Position numbers and translations under genes: made by a program
NCBI GenBank assembly: GCA_026016245.1
Contig: CP061211.1
Location: forward strand, 210,001-242,000
Reading direction: 5' to 3'
DNA length: 32,000 nucleotides
From: Candidatus Pacearchaeota archaeon
Lineage (GTDB): Archaea; Nanobdellota; Nanobdellia; Pacearchaeales; UBA284
Notes under the pieces: generated by a model
Databases searched by the model: none
Told to the model about the DNA's origin: nothing
The model's input: the letters and a program-made list of their open reading frames with translations, nothing else
Part shown: positions 27,158-32,000 of the stretch, in pieces
Position numbering within the stretch: position 1 is the stretch's first letter
Layout: each line of letters opens with the position of its first letter

Positions 27158-28192
27158 ATGTTTAAAAATCATATGAAAAAAGAGGTAATAGAAATAGATG
27201 GTAGTTTTGGTACTGGTGGTGGTCAGATTATCAGAACAGCTATAGCAATGTCTGCTTTAACAAATAAAGCTTGTAGAATAAAAAATGTAAGAGCTAAGAG
27301 AGAAAAACCAGGATTAAGACCCCAGCATCTTACTGGAGTCAAGGCTGTAGCTCAGTTATGTCAAGCAAAAATCAAAGGAGCAGATATAGGAAGTAGAGAG
27401 CTGGTATTCATGCCAAGTAAAATTAAGGCAGGGATATATAATTTTGATATTGGAACAGCAGGTTCTATAACTCTCGTTTTACAAGCCTTGATGCCTGCTG
27501 CTTTGCATGCTCCTGATATTGTAAAATTTAATATTATAGGAGGTACAAATGTTCCTCTAGCACCTTCAGCAGAATATTTTCAATATGTTTTTTCTGATTT
27601 TTTAGCCAAGATGGGTGTAAATATTAAAACAGAAATATTAAGATATGGTTTTTTTCCAAAAGGCGGAGGCAAGATGAAAGTTCAAGTTAAGCCATGCAAG
27701 AAGTTAAAGCCCTTATCTCTGACAGAAAGAGGTGGGTTGATTAAAATAGATTGTTGGAGCATAGCTTCCTCAGGCTTAAAACAAGCAAAAGTCGCTGAGA
27801 GACAGATAGAAAGTTTTGAAAAACAGTTAAAACAAAAAATTAACAAGAAAAATATTATCTATGCAGATTCTCCTTCGCCAGGAACTGCTATTCATACTCA
27901 TGCTCACTATAAAAATTGTAAGCTGGGAGCAGATACTCTAGGAAAAAGAGGATTGCCTGCCGAAAAAGTGGGTAAAAAGTGTGCTAACTTGCTTCTTGAG
28001 GAAATGAAAGGAGGAGGTGTTGATAGTCATGCTGTTGATCAATTACTTCCTTTTATGGCGCTTGCTGGTAAAGGAAAAATTCTAGCTAATAGTATAACAG
28101 AGCATGCTAGGACAAACTCATTTGTAATTGAAAAATTCTTGCCAGTAAAGTTTAAAATAAGAGATAAGGTAATTGAGGTCAGTAAAGTTTAA
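27158..28192 (+). CDS. rtcA: RNA 3'-terminal phosphate cyclase
   Basis: IEIDGSFGTGGGQIIRTAIAMSALTNKACRIKNVRAKREKPGLRPQHL and the active-site region VDSHAVDQLLPFMALAG. The start is ATG 27158 or 27173. The ORF-track start at 27050 overlaps the divergent gene and reads as non-protein-like sequence. Confidence 0.9.
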   Translation: MFKNHMKKEVIEIDGSFGTGGGQIIRTAIAMSALTNKACRIKNVRAKREKPGLRPQHLTGVKAVAQLCQAKIKGADIGSRELVFMPSKIKAGIYNFDIGTAGSITLVLQALMPAALHAPDIVKFNIIGGTNVPLAPSAEYFQYVFSDFLAKMGVNIKTEILRYGFFPKGGGKMKVQVKPCKKLKPLSLTERGGLIKIDCWSIASSGLKQAKVAERQIESFEKQLKQKINKKNIIYADSPSPGTAIHTHAHYKNCKLGADTLGKRGLPAEKVGKKCANLLLEEMKGGGVDSHAVDQLLPFMALAGKGKILANSITEHARTNSFVIEKFLPVKFKIRDKVIEVSKV

Positions 28193-28218
28193 ATTATATT
28201 TTTCTTTTTTATTATTAA

Positions 28219-28293
28219 GGGGCTGTCGTATAGCTTGGTTTAGTATTCGTGCCTAGGGCGCACGCGACGGGGGTTCAAATCCTCCCAGCCCCA
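28219..28293 (+). tRNA. tRNA-Pro with apparent anticodon AGG (A34)
   Basis: GGGGCTG TC GTAT AGCTTGGTTTA GTAT T CGTGC CTAGGGC GCACG CGAC GGGGG TTCAAAT CCTCC CAGCCCC A. All four stems pair, and the only U in the loop fixes the anticodon as AGG. A TATA-like tttaaattatat lies about 26 nt upstream. Confidence 0.75.
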
Positions 28294-28332
28294 TCATAAC
28301 ATTTAAAAGAATTCTGCGAGTAGTATCATTAT

Positions 28333-28408
28333 AGCGGGGTGGAGCAGCCTGGAGTGCTCGCAGGGCCCATAACCCTGAGGTCGCGTGGTTCAAATCCCGC
28401 CCCCGCTA
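28333..28408 (+). tRNA. Initiator tRNA-Met(CAU)
   Basis: AGCGGGG TG GAGC AGCCTGGAGT GCTC G CAGGG CCCATAA CCCTG AGGTC GCG(T)GG TTCAAAT CCCGC CCCCGCT A. It has the A1:U72 pair and three G:C pairs closing the anticodon loop, both initiator hallmarks. A TATA-like catttaaaag lies about 26 nt upstream. It also has C33 and a 1-nt bulge in the T-stem. Confidence 0.8.
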
Positions 28409-28419
28409 CTTAATTTAAA

Positions 28420-29094
28420 ATGTTCTACATAGGAATAGATGAAGCTGGAAGAGGGCCTGTTCTCGGGCCAATGGTTTTAGCTGGCGTATTAGCTGATGAG
28501 AGAGAAATTGCTGAATTCAAGGAGCTGAATGTCAGGGATTCTAAGATGATAATGCCTAAAAGAAGAGAATTTTTATCCAAAGAAATCAAAAAAATTGCTA
28601 TTTCTTATTATATTATTAAAGTTAATCCTAGAGAGATAGATGAAAAAATTTCTCAGAAAATTAACCTTAACAAAATAGAGGCTCTTAAGGTAGCTGAAAT
28701 AATCAATATTCTAATAAAAAAAGTTCCTGAAGCTGAGGTTATAGTTGATTGTCCTTCTCCTAACACAAGAGCATGGAGTAATTATCTTGCTGAGTATATT
28801 CATGATACAAAGAAAATAAAGCTTAGATGTGAACATAAGGCAGATGTTAATTATCCTGTTGTTTCTGCAGCCTCAATTCTTGCAAAAGTTACAAGAGATT
28901 CTGAAGTGGAAAAGATAAAAAGACAGCATAATATAGAATGTGGTTCTGGTTATCCTTCTGATCCTATATGCCAGAAATTTTTAACAACATCTAAAGCAAA
29001 AGAGCTGGCTAAGATTGGTTTGATAAGAAAATCCTGGGCAACATGGAAAAATGAAGTAAAGAGAAGAGGCCAGAGGAAACTTTTGGATTTTTGA
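28420..29094 (+). CDS. rnhB: Ribonuclease HII
   Basis: GIDEAGRGPVLGPMVLAGV, VDCPS and SAASILAKVTRD. Confidence 0.93.
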   Translation: MFYIGIDEAGRGPVLGPMVLAGVLADEREIAEFKELNVRDSKMIMPKRREFLSKEIKKIAISYYIIKVNPREIDEKISQKINLNKIEALKVAEIINILIKKVPEAEVIVDCPSPNTRAWSNYLAEYIHDTKKIKLRCEHKADVNYPVVSAASILAKVTRDSEVEKIKRQHNIECGSGYPSDPICQKFLTTSKAKELAKIGLIRKSWATWKNEVKRRGQRKLLDF

Positions 29095-29102
29095 TTTTAG
29101 TT

Positions 29103-29447
29103 TTAATCATAATATTCATCTTCTGGATCATAAGGTGGTGAAGAGGCAACAATGATTTCTAAAACACCTTTAAAAGCTCTTGCTTTGTGTTTAGTTAAAG
29201 GTTCTACGAGTATTGCGTGCCCTGAACTAATGTCAAAAGTTTTATCATTTAATTCTATTATTCCTGCCCCTTTTAAAACATAATAAATTTCAGTTGCCTT
29301 TTTATGATAATGTTTTCTGTCATCTCTTATTTGAACTAAAGCCATGTTTAAAGCTGATGAATGGCTGCGATTAGAAATTTCGTAGACTAAACCAAAAGGA
29401 TGTTCGATTTTTTTTATATCTTCAGGTTTTATAATTCTTGATGGCAT
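29103..29447 (-). CDS. Cupin-domain protein
   Basis: HYHKKATEIYYVLKGAGIIELNDKTFDISSGHAILVEPLTKHKA fits the two cupin motifs. Confidence 0.75.
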   Translation of the reverse strand: MPSRIIKPEDIKKIEHPFGLVYEISNRSHSSALNMALVQIRDDRKHYHKKATEIYYVLKGAGIIELNDKTFDISSGHAILVEPLTKHKARAFKGVLEIIVASSPPYDPEDEYYD

Positions 29448-29507
29448 AATAATAAAAAAGAGTACTTTATTTATAAACTTTACTACTATAAAATGACCAG
29501 CTTAAAA

Positions 29508-31961
29508 TTAGAATTCATGTAATTTTCTCTGATCTTTCTGGAGTATGTCTTCCTTCTTTATTCCAAAAACTTCAAAAATATTTTCTACAGCTGGAATAAT
29601 CTGATGTTCTAAATAGTATTTTATATTATATTCGCCTTTTTCTTCTGGAAGTTTTACTTTTTCTCTAACTAAAGATTTTTTTATTTTTGTTTCAGCTATG
29701 TAATATTCAATAAGCATACCCATATCAATAGGCTTGCCACTTTTTTTTATTTTTTCAGCAGCTATAACATGTGGTGTTATTGCTTTATATTCAGAAAGAG
29801 GTTTTTTTAGTTGTGTTCTTATAATTATTTGTTCTTTTAAAATTTTCCTTTTCTTTAAATCATCTACTGTTTTTTTCAAAATTTCTAAGGCTTTTTTCTC
29901 ATTACCCTCTTTAAGAATTTTCTGTAGAATCTTGTTTTGAAGATTTCTGGCTAAATTGCACCAATCCCTCCTTACAGTCTCAAAACCCCTAATTTTAAAC
30001 TTCCCTTTTTCATTTATAAGAGCATATTTTTTCTTTGCTCCAAGTTTAACTGTTCTTTTTGCTACAAACAAACCTCTTTTATAGAAATCTTCAAGTTCAA
30101 GCTCCATAATCCCTGGAAGTTCAGAATTTAGTTTTTTTAAAAAATCTATAGTTTGTTTTTTACTTTTTTTGCCTAATAAAAAAGCAATAGAATCTGTATC
30201 AGAATAAATTATTTCATAACTTTGTTTTTTAATTTTGTCTATTGTATCTAAAATATTTTTTCTGGCTAGGGCAGCTGTTGAAGCTGCTGCTTCTCTGCAA
30301 TAATAACGAGCTCCAAAAAAACCTTGATAGCCATAAGAGGCATTTGCTAGAAGTTTATAGGCATTGCTTCTTGCTTTTGCAATAGGGTTTGGATTTTGTT
30401 TGTATTCTTTTTTATATTTTTTTCTTTTTTCTATTATCTCAGAAAGCATTAATGGAAAAAATCCTTGTTCTTTTGAAAAATAAACTTTTCCCTTCTCCAA
30501 ATTGACTTCTAATGTCTTATTAAATTTTTTCTTTAAGAAGGTTGATAAGGAGAGATTATAAGTAAAAATCACAGAAGCATACATACTTGTAAAATCAAAC
30601 ATAACTATATTTTTATACAAACCTGGCTTTGGCTGAAAAACAAAAGCTCCAACATACTTCCCCATTTGTCTTCTTTCTTTTATTTCATCATGTAATGGTC
30701 TTTTTTCAGCTATCTCATTATATTTATCAAGATTATGGAGAATATAGGATTCAACTAATTGAGACATAGAATTTCTTGTTATCTCAAAGAGAGGTTCTTG
30801 TATAATCCCACTGAATTCAATCATGTCTGGCCATAATTTCTCTGCTAATTTATATGTCAAAATAGAATCTTGTAAATTATATTCAAAATAATCCTTCCAT
30901 TCATGCTCTTTTATCTTAGAGGAATGTTTATGATTAAATTCTTTTTTTCCTTCTCCTAATAATTCAAATGCCACTTCATTCAATCCAAGAGTTTCTGATT
31001 GCAAATATTGAGAATAAACTGATTCTATAAACCTAAATAAATCAACATGGACTATTCCTGAAATCCTTGCTTTTGGAATTCTCCCCCTAATAAATGAAGG
31101 CTGGCTTTTATCCAAACCTAATGCCAGCTTAATTTTATTTTTTTCAGCTCTGGCTTTTAAATAAGGAATATCAAAACCATCACTAAAATATCCTACGAGA
31201 ATATCAGGTGAAATCTTATTTACATAATTTATGAATGTTTTGAGCATCTCTGCTTCACTCTTAAAATATTCAACATAATTTAATTTTTCAGAGCTTTTTT
31301 TCCATGTCAATACTTTTTTAAAATTGTCAGAAACAAGGGAAATCATTAAAATCTCTCCTTTCCCCAACTCTAATTCATCTGATTCTATATCAAAGGCCAG
31401 GAATTTTGGTCTGAATTTTTTATTATTTAATTTCTCAATTTTCTCAGCCTTAATACAAACATCTATGTCAAAGGCTGAATCAATATTGCCAAATTCCTGA
31501 GAATTATTTAGAATCTCCCCAGATATCTTATGCCAAGATAAAGGAATCAGCTTTTTTTCAGTTATATACTTAGTTATAATATTAATATCATATTCTCTTC
31601 TTGCTTTTATTTCCTTAAAATCAAGCTTATCAGCTATTGGATGAGCATCTTTATAATTAGTTATAAAAATTTTGATTGCTTTTACCTTTTTGCTTAAAAA
31701 TTTTTTTTCATGAATTTCTGTTCTTTCTACTTTTGTTGTCCTTGAAGGTAGTTTAATCTCAATTTTCTCTATCTTCTTCTGAATGTCCTTTATTCTTTTC
31801 TCAGAAGCACTATCTTCAAAAATAGCCCATAGAAAAGGATCAAAGTGATCTACCACACAGGCTCTTTTACCTTTTTCATCTCTTCCTATTATCCTAATAT
31901 AGTTTTTCCCCTGAAAATCAAAATAATCATAATCTAAAGGAATAAAGTTAATTGAAGTCAT
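29508..31961 (-). CDS. polB: Family B DNA polymerase
   Basis: Exo I LAFDIES, Exo II YFSDGFDIPYL, Exo III YNLQDSILTYKL. Pol A DFTSMYASVI, Pol B KLLANASYGYQG, Pol C IIYSDTDSIAF. No intein-like insertion is evident. Confidence 0.95.
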   Translation of the reverse strand: MTSINFIPLDYDYFDFQGKNYIRIIGRDEKGKRACVVDHFDPFLWAIFEDSASEKRIKDIQKKIEKIEIKLPSRTTKVERTEIHEKKFLSKKVKAIKIFITNYKDAHPIADKLDFKEIKARREYDINIITKYITEKKLIPLSWHKISGEILNNSQEFGNIDSAFDIDVCIKAEKIEKLNNKKFRPKFLAFDIESDELELGKGEILMISLVSDNFKKVLTWKKSSEKLNYVEYFKSEAEMLKTFINYVNKISPDILVGYFSDGFDIPYLKARAEKNKIKLALGLDKSQPSFIRGRIPKARISGIVHVDLFRFIESVYSQYLQSETLGLNEVAFELLGEGKKEFNHKHSSKIKEHEWKDYFEYNLQDSILTYKLAEKLWPDMIEFSGIIQEPLFEITRNSMSQLVESYILHNLDKYNEIAEKRPLHDEIKERRQMGKYVGAFVFQPKPGLYKNIVMFDFTSMYASVIFTYNLSLSTFLKKKFNKTLEVNLEKGKVYFSKEQGFFPLMLSEIIEKRKKYKKEYKQNPNPIAKARSNAYKLLANASYGYQGFFGARYYCREAAASTAALARKNILDTIDKIKKQSYEIIYSDTDSIAFLLGKKSKKQTIDFLKKLNSELPGIMELELEDFYKRGLFVAKRTVKLGAKKKYALINEKGKFKIRGFETVRRDWCNLARNLQNKILQKILKEGNEKKALEILKKTVDDLKKRKILKEQIIIRTQLKKPLSEYKAITPHVIAAEKIKKSGKPIDMGMLIEYYIAETKIKKSLVREKVKLPEEKGEYNIKYYLEHQIIPAVENIFEVFGIKKEDILQKDQRKLHEF

Positions 31962-32000
31962 GAGATTACCAAGATAAAGAGATTTTTAAAATTTCTGAAG

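Overview
The window is AT-rich, tightly packed archaeal DNA. Archaeal-type ribosomal proteins eS24, eS31 and uS2, Rpo7 and Spt4, a family B DNA polymerase, an archaeal-type ThrRS, an intron-containing tRNA and an A1:U72 initiator tRNA all support this. Low GC, very short intergenic spacers and Lys/Glu-rich tails on housekeeping proteins suggest a small-genome DPANN-like archaeon (Woesearchaeota/Pacearchaeota-like), but that placement is inference only. Core genes are rpo7(partial)-spt4-S24e-S27ae, scpA, thrS, a ferredoxin-ttuA/ncs6-like pair, gyrB and gyrA (separated by four small genes), a MinD/ParA ATPase, uS2, rtcA, rnhB, polB and four tRNAs (Thr-CGU with intron, Ser-GCU, Pro with an apparent AGG anticodon, initiator Met). 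Accessory content includes two RelE-family toxin loci, a class I methyltransferase, a sodium:solute symporter and a membrane receptor with a degenerate class III cyclase domain. It also includes two large surface proteins (one Cys-rich repeat protein, one LamG/FN3 protein) that share a CGDGxC...CxxDC module. I saw no rRNA, CRISPR array, transposase or integrase. The most interesting non-gene signals are listed here. (1) An exact 14-mer AAAACCCTGGGAAA occurs three times and brackets the methyltransferase and one TA cassette. (2) A GC-rich, multi-hairpin intergenic island with its own TATA box and T-run looks like an unclassified ncRNA. (3) A 12-nt copy of the tRNA-Ser 3' end lies 2.9 kb from the intact tRNA and flanks a transporter/TA segment. 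(4) gyrB and gyrA bracket MTH938-like, HAD, DUF1284 and MazG-like genes. (5) The tRNA-Pro has A at wobble position 34. All homology calls come from motif recognition by eye, not database searches.
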